64,000 nt of DNA from Octopus vulgaris (GCA_951406725.2 OX597814.1:131316001-131380000); one strand, 5' to 3'; numbered from the stretch's first letter, positions 11,040 to 27,418 are shown. Notes: generated by a model not told the origin, from the sequence alone. Numbers and translations: made by a program.

Positions 11040-11371
11040 GACGTTTTCGGATTCATCTACCTGTTTACATTCTGCCTTAGAGCCGGCCACTTCCCTCGCC
11101 ACCAACATTAACATCGTTAAGATAGTTTAAACGCAGCCGATTTTCCATCGCAATTGGAACTGGTAGGGTGAAACCGAATGAACTGCAAAAGGACCTGATG
11201 GCATCCATGATATTCTTGTTCGGAATATCGCTTGAACGTGTAGTGACAATGTGTGAAGTCTTCTAAAGAGTGTGGATACGGCTTTAGGTCAGAATATGAT
11301 ACAGCAGCAGGGCCGGATTAAGGCCCGTAGAGGTCCTAAACACTTAAAAAAAAAATTTGGTGCCCCTAAAA

Positions 11372-11560
11372 GTCGGTGAGCTGGCAGAAACGTTAGCACA
11401 CTGGACGATACCGCCGAGGTCGACTTTACCTTTCATCCATTCGGGGTCGATAAATTAAGTACCAGTTATACACTAGGGTCGATGTAATCGACTTAATCCC
11501 TTTGTCTCTCCTTGTTTGTCACCTCTATGTTTAGTCCCTTGTGGGCAATAAAGAAATAAG
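11372..11560 (+). mobile_element. SINE family B inserted into a CAGGGCCGGATTAA-type DNA element fragment starting at 11308
   Basis: Family B body; TTTGGTGCCCC repeated on both sides. Confidence 0.8.
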
Positions 11561-11989
11561 ATTTTGGTGCCCCGCACGTATATGTAATTCAAGATATACT
11601 CAATAATAAACCCTTAAATAAATTCATATCTTTCAAAATGAAATACAACTAATAATATAATGGAAGATAGTGTTTTCTATTGTATACTTCCATTTTATTT
11701 ATATTCGGAAAGATTTTTCCTGCTTTTATTTCTTTTGTTGCAAAGTCTATAAACAGATCCTCACAATGATACCATACACAATTCGAAATTATATTTCTGA
11801 TCATATAAACAATCTCGAATTTTTAACTAGTGGCTGTGTGGTAAGTAGCACGCTTACCAACCACATAGTTCCGGGTTCAGTCCCACAGTATGGCACCTTG
11901 GGCAAGTGTCTTCTATTATAGCCTCGGGCCGACCAAAGCCTTGTGAGTTGATTTGGTAGACGGAAACTGAAAGAAAGCCGTCATATATA

Positions 11990-12516
11990 TATATATATAT
12001 ATAAACGGCAGTTTGTCTGTCTGTGTGTCTGTGTGTCTGTCAGGTTGTACCCTCACCCTGACCACAGCTTTCAACCGATTCTGATGAAACTTGATACACA
12101 CATAGCCCAATGTCATAATTCAAAACTAACGCAGCAAAAATTTTGAAAAGTTTCCCCAGTTCTAAAAAAAATCGATAAATTCGACATGGGGTCGAGAATC
12201 TAAGCTTTTTATATGCAACAGATTTTCTGTTGTAGTTTTCGCAACTTGCAATCGATTTTCACCAAACTCATGGTGAAGCTTAATGTTACACCAAGAAACT
12301 TAATTCTGACGTTAGTTTTCCATGCAATACCTTACAATCAGAAAAAATCGATAAAATCATTCCATTTTGGGAAATCGCGTTCAAATTCAAGATGACATAT
12401 TTTCGACAATATCTTTCACAAATTGGCAGGAAATTAGAGGGAAAGGACTAGATTGGGATTAGTCGTTGCCTACTAGGGGCTCTTACATACCCGGACAACG
12501 CCGGGCTATGCTGCTA

Positions 12517-12517
<1 letters not shown>
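11990..12517 (+). mobile_element. Non-autonomous Helitron
   Basis: 5' TATATAAA plus (TCTG/TG) tract; 3' hairpin CCCGG-ACAACG-CCGGG, then CTAG|T. Confidence 0.8.
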
Positions 12518-12552
<35 letters not shown>

Positions 12553-12666
12553 ACATAAAACTTACTTGGAAGAAGAAAACGACGCGTGTGTTCAATCATA
12601 TAATAACAATTTAATAAATAAAACATATGCATACGTACATACATATACGTTGTGTTCTACGTTTAT

Positions 12667-12766
12667 TTGTGGTGTCCTGTACTCATATATGCATGTATAT
12701 ATACATTTAGATGTAGGTATGTACATATATGAATGTATATATGCATATGTTTTATTTATTAAATTG

Positions 12767-12817
<51 letters not shown>

Positions 12818-13005
12818 TTAATAAAATATATGCATATATATAAACATATATGTACGTACCTACCTCTACATGTACATATACACGCATATATGTGTACAGG
12901 ACACCAAAAAGACGTCGAACACATAGAGAGACGAAAAACATAGACACAAACCAAGGAACAAGACAAGCAAAAAAAAGGGAGATACAGGACAATAAGCACA
13001 ACGAA
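12667..13005. mobile_element. Tail-to-tail inverted Penelope-like fragments around (TA)n
   Basis: About 90-bp arms at 12667-12757 and 12820-12906, homologous to 1630-1720. Confidence 0.55.
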
Positions 13006-13705
13006 AATGTATATATATATATATACATACACGCACACACACACACATATATATATGTATATGTATGTATATGTGTGTATGTTTGTGTGTCTGTGTTCCC
13101 CCATCGCTTGACTACCGATGCTGGTGTGCTTACGCCCACGTAACTTAGCGGTTCGGCAAAAGAGACCGATAGAATATGTACTAGGGGTAGGTTCGTTTGA
13201 CTAGAGGTGGTGCCCCAGCACGGCCGCAGTCAAATGACTGAAAGAAAGAAAAGAGTAAGTATAAAAGCGATTTCTTTTGTACTGCAAACCATATACCATT
13301 TCCTTTGTGTCCCTCACCACTTCGCTTGATGCCTTACAGACCCAGTTTTCTTACTCGACAAGCTTAGGACCACAATTTCGCAAGGTACTGACTTGTTGTC
13401 TGAAAGGTTGTTTTATTTTTTAGAACCTGTAGCCGTGTGCTGAGCTTCCTACGTGCTTCAAGCGCGCTGTTATTCAATCTGAGCCATTCCCTATCCGTAT
13501 CGCTGTCCAAGACGTGACGGGATGGTTCAATTTAGCGTTGGAACCATTCTTTACTTGCCAAAACCACGAAACAAGATTCGATGTGATATAATGAAATATA
13601 TGTTTGGATTAATAAAAACAAGTGTTTGAATAAGAACACAAACTCTCTCTCTCTCTCTCATGCACACACACACATGTATGTATGCATATGTAGTGGCTTC
13701 ATACG

Positions 13706-14485
<780 letters not shown>

Positions 14486-14685
14486 CACCCCTACAAAACA
14501 TGTATTTGTGTGTGTGTCTTTGCATTTGTCTCGTCACCTCTTTTGGCAATCGTTGTTGGTTTGTTTACATTCTCGTAAGTTAGCAGTTCGGCAAAAAGCC
14601 CGATAGAATAAGTACCAGTCTTAATAAAAAAAAAAAAGAAGAAAATCTAGAATGAACTGAGGTTGATTCATTCGACTTAAATTCT

Positions 14686-15038
14686 TCTGGAGCATCGCCT
14701 TTAGCCGAGGAAATCTTTGTAAGCTTAGTACTTAGGTCAAAAGGTAAATATCCCTTATTCTATCGGTCTCTTTTTGTCGAACCACTAAGTTACGGGGACG
14801 TAAATACACTAGCAGTGGTTGTCAAGCGATGTTGGGGGACAAACACAGACACACAAACACACACATATATATATATATACATATATACGACGGGCTTCTT
14901 TCAGTTTCCGTCTACCAAATCCACTCACAAGGCTTTGGTCGGCGCGAGGCTATAGTAGAAGACACTTACCCAAGGTGCCACGCAGTGGAACTGAACCCGG
15001 AACCATGTGGTTTGTAAGCAAGCTACTTACCACACAGC

Positions 15039-15042
<4 letters not shown>
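14686..15042 (-). mobile_element. SINE family A
   Basis: Reverse complement of family A. Confidence 0.88.
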
Positions 15043-15074
<32 letters not shown>

Positions 15075-15368
15075 TCTTTCCTTCTTTCCTGAGCGTCCAA
15101 TAATACTATATTTGTTCCACGTCCTCGCGTTGTGTTTTTTTTTGTGCTTTCTTGTTTGGATTAACTATATATATATACATATCTATATATATAGATATAT
15201 ACATATCTATATATATATATATGCACACACACATATACACATACATGCATATGTATATAAGCATATATATGTATGCGTTACAGACGCACATACACTACAC
15301 ACACAAGCACGCATACGCGCGCACACGCACACGTACACACATGCATGCATAACTCCCTCGTCTCCCTC

Positions 15369-15402
<34 letters not shown>

Positions 15403-15502
15403 ATATATATATATTTTTTTTTGAAAAAAAGAATTCTCTCAACTCTCGGCGGGATAGGAAGTGTAAGGCAAACAGTTGAAATAGTAAAATAGTAAAAGTG
15501 TG

Positions 15503-15510
15503 GATGATGT

Positions 15511-15548
<38 letters not shown>

Positions 15549-15785
15549 GGGATGGTGATGGATACGGCAATGATGATGACGATGATGATGATGATGATGA
15601 TGACGTCGATGACGGCGACGTTGATGATAGCGTTTGTAGTGATGGAAGCAATAGTGATGATGGCCGGGATGTTAAAACTGTAGCGGTGATGATAGCTATG
15701 ACGACGACGATGATGATGATGATGATGATGATGATGTTGATGATGATGGTGGTGGTGGTGGTGGTGATGGTGGTAGTGGTGGTAC
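15503..15785. repeat. (GAT)n/(GGT)n microsatellite
   Basis: Seen directly. Confidence 0.9.
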
Positions 15786-16454
15786 TGAAGGAAATAGATT
15801 TATTTCCAAAGCCTGAAGGCTTGTGAGTGAAATCACATGAGGAATTTCTCTTCAGCTCACCACTTCATCCTTATTCCGATCATTATATTGTATACAGTGT
15901 AGTCATAAGAGAAAGAGATGGATATAACGAGAGAGAGGGGGGAGAGAAAGCGGCGGTGGTGGGAAGAGGAATGATTAGTGAGTGAGTGTGTGTGTATCTT
16001 TGATATAGCTGTGTATGTGTATGTTTGATATATATATATATATATATATTAGTGTGTGTGAGAGTGAGTGAGAGAGTGTGTGTTTGAACGGTGGAGGGAG
16101 AACTGGTGAGAGAATGAATGAGTAACGGGAGGAGGTATTGAAAACGAGAGAGAGTCGTAGTTTGACCTAGTTGTTGTAGTGGTGTATGTATGTATTTAAT
16201 GTGTGTGTGTTTGTATGAATGCGTATGTGCATTTGTGTGTGTGTGTGTGTGTGCGTGTGTAAGCGAATCTGTTTATATTGATTCCACCCTGCTTCATATC
16301 TCTTTATTCCTTTCCCCCTCTCTCAATCTTTTTTCTCTCTTTCTCCCTCCCTATCTCCATCTACTTTTTACTCTCTGTTATTTCTTACTACCCCCCTTTC
16401 TTTCCATTCCTCCCATCTCTCTCTCTCAGTGCATCCATCGCTCTCTTTATGTCC

Positions 16455-16485
<31 letters not shown>

Positions 16486-16935
16486 ACTTTGTATGTACAT
16501 GTATCATTCTTTCTCTTTACATACGTCCCTCTTATCTTCTCTTTCCTTCCCACTCTCTCTCACTCTCACTTCTATTGCCTTTCCTGTTTACTTACGTCCT
16601 TCTTTTCTTCCTTGTCTCCATCCTGCTTCTCTCCCCCCTCTCTCTCTCTCTATTCATATATCTCTCTTTCGCGTTCAAAATACCCCCGTTACATTTTCTT
16701 AACGACTCATTCCTCTCTCTTTTTCGCCTTCCTCTGCCTCTCTCGCTTTTCTTACATTCTTCTCTCTATACTTTCTCCTTCGCCTTTTCCTCAGCTCCGT
16801 AAAGTCTTCTCTGCATCTATCCCCTTCTCCCCTCTCTTTTCCTCAATTATCTATCTATCTATCTTTCACATTGGATTTCTCATATCTCCTTCCCTTCCGC
16901 CATCCATCCATCCATTCATCTGTACATCCATCCAT

Positions 16936-18004
<1,069 letters not shown>

Positions 18005-19492
18005 GTCAGCTAGCTAACTGTTTGTTTCTCTCTCTCTCTCACTATCTATCTATCTATCTTTCTATTTTCCCTTCATTCTCATGTTTTTTTTTCTGTTTTC
18101 TCTCATTCTTTTGCTCCCCCCCCTCTCTTATTTCTCTTTTGTCTTTTCTATCTTCTCAGATTTTCTCTACCCACACCTCTTCACTTTCAGCTATACTCAG
18201 ACTCCCACGGAGTGGGAAAAAAATGTCCTACACTAGTTGTATAGTTTGTACACACATACATGCCCGTACATAAATGCTCCGCTCTCTCTCTCTCTCTCTC
18301 TCCTATATATGATCGTTTTTGCGTGTATGTATCTATATAGCACCCTTTGTGCGCGTGTGCGTTTGTGTTTGTATGTTTGTGTGTGTGTGTGTATGTACGC
18401 GTAGGAAGATGGGTTGACAGCGGCATACTCAGGCCAACTGAATGATCCAACTGTCTATCAGTATGTGCATGTAGGACCAGCCGAACGAAGAATAACAGTC
18501 GGGAGAGAACCATTTTTGTTTTCGCCTTTTCAACACCCCTGGATCTGTGAGACCAAAGATTGGTCCCAAGTGGCATTAATTCTCTCAAGGCGACTCGATA
18601 CCGTTCTTTCTTACTTTCGTGTTGCTTTCTTTTTCATTGTTTTCATATCTCCGATTTCTTTCTAAACCCTTCATTCTCCCAGCACTTTGTAACCTGTTCT
18701 GCTATGCCCCCCCCTCTAAAGTTTACCACAAAATGCTTTGCATTATTCCTTCCGATTAGATACGTTCTGAGTTCAAATTCCGTTAGGGGTCAATAAAAAT
18801 ACCAGTCAAATATTACGGTTGATGTTATCAATTAAATTGTTCCCTCAAAATTACTGGGTTCATACCTAAATTAGAAACAGTTAATATCAGTGCCCCAGCT
18901 TGGCCGCAGCCTTTAGTTGAAACTGATAACTGGATAATAGAAAAGTTATTATCTTGATTGGCGATACGATAACACGTCAGGAAAATGCTTAGAGGTATTT
19001 ATTTTTCCTCTGGATTTTTACATTCTGCTTTCAAATCGCGGGAATGTCGACTTTGTCTTTCATTCTTCTGGGATCGATATAATAAACTGTCAATCAAAAA
19101 ACTAGGTTTGATGGAATCGACTTGCCCCCCTCTCCTCAAAAGTGCTGGCCTTGTGCCAAAATTGGAAAGAATTATAAATAGCCGAACTAGTTGTTGTTCT
19201 TTTGTTGCTGTTTTACAAAGACATTGTTATTTATATTTGTTTTTTCTTTTTAATTCTTAACACAAAGAATGAAATAAAAGTTGAATTTAGTAATACGAGA
19301 AGATTTAGAAAAACACACTACTGCGTGCTCGCGCATACACACAAAACACACACACACACACACACAGACACAGGGTTCAGCGGCACAAACAGAAATAGAA
19401 GCCAATGCTGTCGTATGTGCGCGTATATATTAAATACGTGTGTATGTATGTATGCGTGTTTGTGTTAGGTATGTGTGCGAGTTTGTGTGTTT

Positions 19493-19523
<31 letters not shown>

Positions 19524-19992
19524 AGTGTGTGTGTGTATGTGTGTTGTGATAATAAACGGCAGCAAAGTTACAGAAACGACTCAAAAGTCCGAGGGTTTCG
19601 TGTATTGTATTTTTTTCACTTATCGTGTTGCGCATACATAAAACTCTCGGCCCTCGAGTCACTTCTATAATTTCTCTGCTCTCTATCTCTCCCCGTCTTT
19701 CCCCCCTTCTTTCTATAGATAGAAATGTTTTTCTTGCCATTATTAAAATTTTTATATATATATATATATAACGGTTAAATAAACAAACTTTCACCGTTAT
19801 TTTATACAAGTTTCGCGCTACCGTCTTTTGACACAACTGAGGTTTTGGAATGTCAAGATGTCAAGACCTTAATTGTTTTAAAAAGCAGTAATTTAAATCT
19901 CGAATAAACGACAATGGATATTTTAATTTGTTTTCTGTTAATATGTCTATGTATTGAGTATTTTCGTGTGGGCCGCGCGCTTGTATATATTC

Positions 19993-20637
<645 letters not shown>

Positions 20638-21589
20638 CGATGTACACACTTCAAAATACAGCATCTACCCTCCATTTGTAAGACGGATGTGAGGATATAT
20701 ATAATATATATATGTGTGTGTGAGATAAAGAAAGAAGGAAATAAAAATATTAGTGAGATAGAGAACGGGAGAAAAGGCGGGTATATAACACGCACATAAA
20801 TATCTATTTCTATATGTATGTGTGTGTGCGTAAAATTATGTCCGTATGTATACTCAAACACACCTGTGTGTGATGTGTGTACGTTGTAAAGAGTGTAGAG
20901 GAAAAAAATAGTGAGTGAATGAAATAACGAACGGGGTGAGAGAGCAAATAGGAAGAACATGAATGTATGTGTTCGTGTGTGCGTGTTTGTGTATGTGTCT
21001 GTGTGTGTGTGTGTGTGATGTGGGAGGGAGGAGGAGGAGAACGAGGACGAGGAGAAGTGAGCGAGAGTAAAGAAAAACAAGAGAAGAAAGAGGACAGCAG
21101 AGAGTGTGAAAGAAAGAAAGATATAGGAAAGGAGGGAGAAAAAGAGTGAAAGTAAAAGAGTGAGATGGTTATGAGAGAGGGGGAGATCGTGAAAGAGTAT
21201 TAGTTCAGCAATGGCTCTCGGTTTATCGGTGGAAATATTCGCTTCTGTAGTTGCTGGAATTATTTCACAAAGACGTTGGGATGGTAACGGACGACTTGGA
21301 TTGTACTGTGTACCACGAAAACCTAGTAGCTAAATTAACTGGATTAATTCACCACGCCATATATACATACGTTATATATATATATACAATTCATTCACTA
21401 TATTTATATACATATATATCACATATAGATATCTTGTATACATCACTTATTCGTAAGTACGAACATTTTCCTTTAATTTTTACAGTATTATAAAACTATT
21501 TTGTTCAAATTGTAACATTCATGTGTATATATATATTTGTGTGTGTATGTGTGTAATAATATAAACACACTATATATAAAACTATCTAT

Positions 21590-21658
21590 CAATCACTTTA
21601 TCTATCTAGCTATCCATCTAATCTATTTATCTGTCTATCCATCTATTTCTCTTTCTGT

Positions 21659-21722
<64 letters not shown>

Positions 21723-21822
21723 TTATCTATCTATCTTTCTATTTATCTATCTATCTTTCTATTTATCTATCTATATTTCTATTTATCTATCTGTCTTTCT
21801 ATTTATATATTTGTCTTTCTAT

Positions 21823-21885
<63 letters not shown>

Positions 21886-22727
21886 ACTATCAATCTATAT
21901 ATCTTTCTATCTATCAATCTTTCTGCTTACGTGTGTATATATTACATTTATATACATGTGTCTTATGTGTGTGTGTATATATATATATATATATACGCAC
22001 ACACATTTAGATAGATATGCCTGCGTATGTATGTACATATACACATATATATATATGATGCACAACGTGTTTGTATGAAATATAGTACTCTATGTGTGCA
22101 CACGTATGTATATATGTTTATATAACCATATAGATGTGTTTATAGTTCATAAAAAGATGCATGTGCTGATACGATACGCATGTGTAATGTCCTGTTTACG
22201 AAAGTAAAGCACGTTGTATGCATATAATTGTATGTTTATTTTTAGTCCTTGTATAAATCTCTATGCGTGCATGTACACACACACATACACACACACACAT
22301 GGACATCTCTTATTCTCATTCGTTTGTGTTACTATCATATTCTATTTACAATTAGCTACTATCTTTCGTTCGTCGTAATAACTATCGTAAACGTGTTTAA
22401 TGTTATATACATATCTTCGTAGAAGCGAGGCGTGTCGTTGAGTTCTTGAAATCAAGTTTCGATTCACGATGTGGTTGTTGGCTTGCTAGCCAACTAGCTA
22501 GGTAGCTCACTTGTTAGTTTAGCTATTAACCTTCCTTCATCCCATTTGTTAATATGCAACTGGGGAAATGCATGAAAGTCACCATATCCTTCTTGAAAGT
22601 TTAAAGGGGTGAGATCTGGACGAAGCCCTTTATGAATATACTAGGAATTTTACTCCACTATTTTCTATCTGTCGTTCGCTATTCATCTGTCTACCCATCT
22701 ACCAATCTATCTATCCATCTACCGATT

Positions 22728-22816
<89 letters not shown>

Positions 22817-22820
22817 CTCC

Positions 22821-22852
<32 letters not shown>

Positions 22853-22995
22853 CTCCATCTATCTATCTATCTCTCCATCTATCTGTCTATCTCTCCATCT
22901 ATCTGGCTGTCTCTCCATCTATCTACATCCCATCTCTCTCTCTCCATTTTATGCTTTTATCTTCATTCTCTCTCTATCTATCTATCTATCTATCC
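21590..22995. repeat. Two (TCTA)n-rich blocks at 21590-21915 and 22700-22995
   Basis: Seen directly. Confidence 0.8.
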
Positions 22996-24409
22996 CTTCC
23001 TCGAAACCACGCACTGATATATATATATATATATATATACATACACACACACACACACTCTCACACATGCCATTTCTATCTCCTTCACGCACATTTACAC
23101 ACACACACACACATGAACACGGATGCTGCCACTTGGTGGTCTGAATATCTTTGGAAGAGGACGCCAACTCATCGCAAACATTTTTCTCACGCAGTAAATT
23201 TTTAGCAGGAATTATGCCAGTGGTAGTCGTGGTAGTGGTGGCAGTAATAGCTTTATTGATGTTGGTGGTGGTGGTGGTGGTAGCGGTAGTAGTAGTGGTG
23301 TTGGTAATTGCTATTGATGATGATGATAGTATTTATTGATGATGCTGGTAATGGTGGATCAATCTTTATTTACAAAGCCTGACTGTTTTTGTCTTTATTT
23401 TCTATTGTGATGGTGGTGGTGGTGGTCACGGATGTTTTTTTTATTACTCAAATGACACACAAAACAACAAAAATAAAAACAAAACACTTGGTACTGCAAG
23501 AGGAGGGAAAATGTTCAGCTTGCTCACTTTTATTCTAACTTTGGTGTATTCGAGCCAACGTGACAAGCCGTTACTACGTACGTGTTCGTTTGATCTACTA
23601 GAAATAGCTGTTAATTTTCCCCTCACATCACGCTTTTTGTAGTGTGGTGGTACTCTAGATAATACAGAGATTTCTATGCAGGAAAAAGAGAAGAATGTTT
23701 TTGATTATAAGTTTTGTTCAATTGGGGCTGACTTATAACTAAATAACTTTGTGTTCAACAATACTTTATGTGCATGATTTGTGTGTATGTGTATTTTATG
23801 GTGTGTGTGAATTGTATGTTATATGATGTGTGTGTGTGTTCTGTAATCCTTGATGGTACGGAATTGGATAGGACAAATTATCCCGTTGGGGTTTGTCTTT
23901 CTCCTAATAATTGATGTGCCACCACAGATGCAAAGATTTATTGAAATGAAATATAAAATTCTTTGACTGGTAATCGAACTCGTGCCGCAGACTTGCCCTC
24001 ACCTCACCGAATCTTTGCAGGCACGAAGGGGCTTGCTTACAAGACATGCTCTTTCTCCGGATCTCATACAAAACAAACTTGCACATGAATGTTGGGGATT
24101 GTGTGACAGTCATGCTGTTCGCAACTGAATTAGCAATATTAGTAATCGATCTGAATTCAGCTTCCCATGCGAAGGAAAGGCTTCTCCCATTCAACAATGT
24201 TTGTCGGGTGGTTTGTCTTTACGCAGTTGCTCGGACTTGCTAAGGAAGGCAAGTTGCTCATTTCCTTCAAAGCAATCCACAGTTTTCCTTTCCTTTTTTT
24301 TTTATTTATAGGAATGTCCTAATGGATAATGTAGTCCCAGTTTTCTAAATGACTGGGAAGTATTGATTGAAATGCTTTGATCAATAAGGCTTTGCTTAGT
24401 AAAGGGATA

Positions 24410-24808
24410 GGATCTTTTCGGTTTGAACGGCAGTTTTTTCTAGCGGTGTCATATGAAATTGTCACCCATAATTATGACCCTAGTATCGATCTATTGCATT
24501 TCAATCTATTTTAGAGTTAAGGGTGGGGGAAGGGTATTTTTTTTCTTCACAAATGTAAATAAACCCAATCTGTTTCTTAAACGAGGGACATATTCATACG
24601 GCACAGAATGTTGTTTATCTCAATAGACGTCAGTGATTGGTTGAAATTGAAGAAATAAACAACAAATATCTTACAAACTATAGAATTTTGTCAATAAAGC
24701 CAAGAGAAAAAGATGTTTTATAAACACATTCTACCAGTATACGAAGTTGAAAATTTTTTAGTTACTTAGAAATTATGTTAAAAACTGCCGTTCAAACCGA
24801 AAAGATCC
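24410..24808. mobile_element. MITE, same family as 941-1374, opposite orientation
   Basis: TIRs GGATCTTTTCGGTTTGAACGGCAG / CTGCCGTTCAAACCGAAAAGATCC; TSD AAGGGATA at 24402 and 24809. Confidence 0.93.
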
Positions 24809-24959
24809 AAGGGATATGTGAAGGGTCCCTGACAGTCACAACAACAACAACACACACACACAGTGCAGAATAAGATGTGTTGCAGCTTGGTTTCTTAGTT
24901 CGTTTCCACGTTTATTAGTGATTCCATTTCAGTTGTGTGCTGCTAAAGCATTTTTGAGT

Positions 24960-25200
24960 CAAAAGCGCAATTTTATCACACACCCCTTCCGTTCACCTCT
25001 CTCTCTCTCTCTCCTACTGTGGATCAATGAAAATAGCGGGACCATCGGATGATGTATATTGGGATATCCGAAGTGAGAGCACCACCGCCTTCCAAGAAGA
25101 GGCGTTGGGTTCGCTTGGCGGGGTTGTGTTTACAACGAGTGAAAGCATTCCTAAGGGGGCGTTGTGTTGATTTGTTACCTCCCTCTCTTTGAAATTTCCT
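24960..25200 (+). promoter_or_regulatory. Candidate promoter / first-exon region
   Basis: Unique CpG-containing sequence after a (CT)n tract, just before the switch to CpG-depleted, T-rich DNA. Inference only. Confidence 0.3.
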
Positions 25201-25524
25201 GTGTCATTATCTTCTGTAGATTCGTTGTATGTGTGTCCGCGTGTGTGTGTGTGTGACCTCCCCATCACTTTTCTGGGTGATGCTAAGGGGTTGGGGATAG
25301 GAAGCATTTGGGATCATGTGTATAGCGATAAAGGAAGGGAAAGGAGGAATTTTTTTTTTTTCTGGTCTGAGCAATTGACTTTATTGTATTTACTATATTT
25401 GTTTATTGTATTATTTAGAGAAGACAGTGCGAACATTTCGTATAGGTGGCGTTGGCGTTGATGTTGGACATGTGCAGGAAAAAATGTGGGCACGGAGGCA
25501 ATTCCATAGAGAAGAAATGATTAG

Positions 25525-25870
25525 GGATAAATAATTGATCTTTACTTAAGACATAGTGGATATAAATGATTTATCTTTAGATAAGACACTGTAAGGATAA
25601 ATAATCCCCAATATTTTAGACAGTGGGTATAAATGACTTAATCTCTATACAAGATACACTTAGCATAAATGATTTATCTCTCAGAATAAGACAGAATAGG
25701 TATGAATAATGTATTTTCATACAAGTCAGAAGGGATATAAATATCTCCATATAAGTCATATAAATAGTTTATCCCTATATAGATACAATGGGTATAAATA
25801 ATATATTTTTATACAAGCATCACACTGAGTATGATTTATTCCTATATAAGACACAGTGTGTAAAAATTAT
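25525..25870. repeat. Degenerate minisatellite, about 35-bp unit, about 10 copies
   Basis: Recurring AAGACACAGTGGGTATAAATGATTTATCT-like unit. Confidence 0.75.
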
Positions 25871-26395
25871 TGGTTTTAGTGTAAGAAATGGAGTATGGGG
25901 CGTTGTGATGTTAGGTGGTACACTTTTTGAATATAAAGTCCTCGGTTCGATCCTGCTGCATAGCAACTTGAGCTTGTGTTTTACTGTTTCTTTAAAGTTG
26001 GCCAATAATTTTCAGAGTGGAATTTGATAGACATTAACTGTGATCTATATATATTTATATGTGCGTGTGATTGGGTGTCTTTCAGAAGATCAAGCCTTTT
26101 ACAATCTTTGTTCTTTACCAAGTTACATATACTCACTCTCTAGTTACTCATGCTGCCATAAATGCGGTGAATCTGGTTTCCAACCTCTAAACCAATAACT
26201 ATACTGTTGTTCATCAATTGTTATGTAAAATATGATAGTTGACTAGTAGTTCTTAAGCTTTGTCATTTTTAGTTCCTGTTTTATTGGCTGTGGCCAAGAC
26301 TTTTAATCATATTCTATCTGAGAATCACTTTGTTCCGTCACACTGGAGGTAGTGTATATGAATTGACTTGCAAGGCTTGCAACGCAGGGTTCAGT

Positions 26396-26602
26396 CAGGC
26401 TAAACACTGAGGAGACAAACAAGGACAGACAAAGGGATTCAGTCTATTACATCGACCCTAGTGCTTAACTGGTACTTAATTTATCGGCCCCGAAAGGATG
26501 AAAGGCAAAGTCGACCTCGGCGGAATTTGAACTCAGAACGTAACGGTAGACGAAATACAGCTAAGCATTTCGCCCGGAGTGCTAACGTTTCTGCCAGCTC
26601 GC
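26396..26602 (-). mobile_element. SINE family B
   Basis: TSD CGCAGGGTTCAGT at 26383 and 26603. Confidence 0.9.
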
Positions 26603-26844
26603 CGCAGGGTTCAGTTCCTAGCTTATCTGTGAGATTCAGGTGTCTTATCCTTTTTATTGTTTTCTTCCAGGTTTTACTTAAAAGATGTAAGGCTGTGCCC
26701 GTAATCCTCTTCAAAAGCCTTGGCGGTTAATGTGAGGATAAATGGAAGTTATAATCAGGCTCGAAGAAGCACCCAGTTTGTGTACTGGTGTTGGTTTCTC
26801 ATCCTCTGCTTAATACTAAGGACATTTTAGCTATAGGAAAGCTT

Positions 26845-27066
26845 CTTATTTACCACCCACAAGGAGCTAAACATAGAAGGGACAAACAAGGACAGATAAA
26901 TGGATTAAGTCGATTACATCGACCCCAGTGCGTAACTGGTACTTATTTAATCGACCCCAAAAGGATGAAAGGCAAAGTCGACCTCGGCGGAATTTGAACT
27001 CAGAACGTAACAGCAGACGAAATACCGCTAAGCATTTCGCCCGGTATGCTGACGTTTCTGCCAACT
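26845..27066 (-). mobile_element. SINE family B
   Basis: Reverse complement of family B. Confidence 0.88.
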
Positions 27067-27418
27067 CTTCTATGTAGTCACTCTACTTGCTAGAGATGAT
27101 AGTAAAACTCTCCCTCAAATCATACCTCCCCCAGGTAAAAAAAAAATAGTACATTTAATTAGCTGTCCTAGTTACTCCTGAAATGATGGAATGGTCATGG
27201 TTGGAATGCTTTTGATATAATCCTGCACAATCAGTGTTAAGTTACCGAACAATGAGAGAATAGAGACTGAGCAGAAAGTGCTAATATAATGTGGCAAATA
27301 TGATTGTGAATCAAGACTACTTGTATTAAGGAAACTTAAACAGTGTTGGACAAAATTTTGCGAAATCAAGAACAAGGGAGACAACTGGAAATACATTAAA
27401 AGCATCTTTTTTTTTTAA

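Larger units (their letters stand above)
11829..13260 (+). mobile_element. SINE family A split by insertions into its TA tract
   Basis: 5' half at 11829-11982; 3' half at about 13030-13260. Confidence 0.8.

Noticed and set aside
18414-18665. 83-aa ORF in unique DNA
   Set aside because: Non-ATG start, no recognisable domain, no clear exon boundaries.
21211-21333. 40-aa ORF MALGLSVEIFASVVAG.. as a micropeptide
   Set aside because: No recognisable homology or splice support; length expected by chance.
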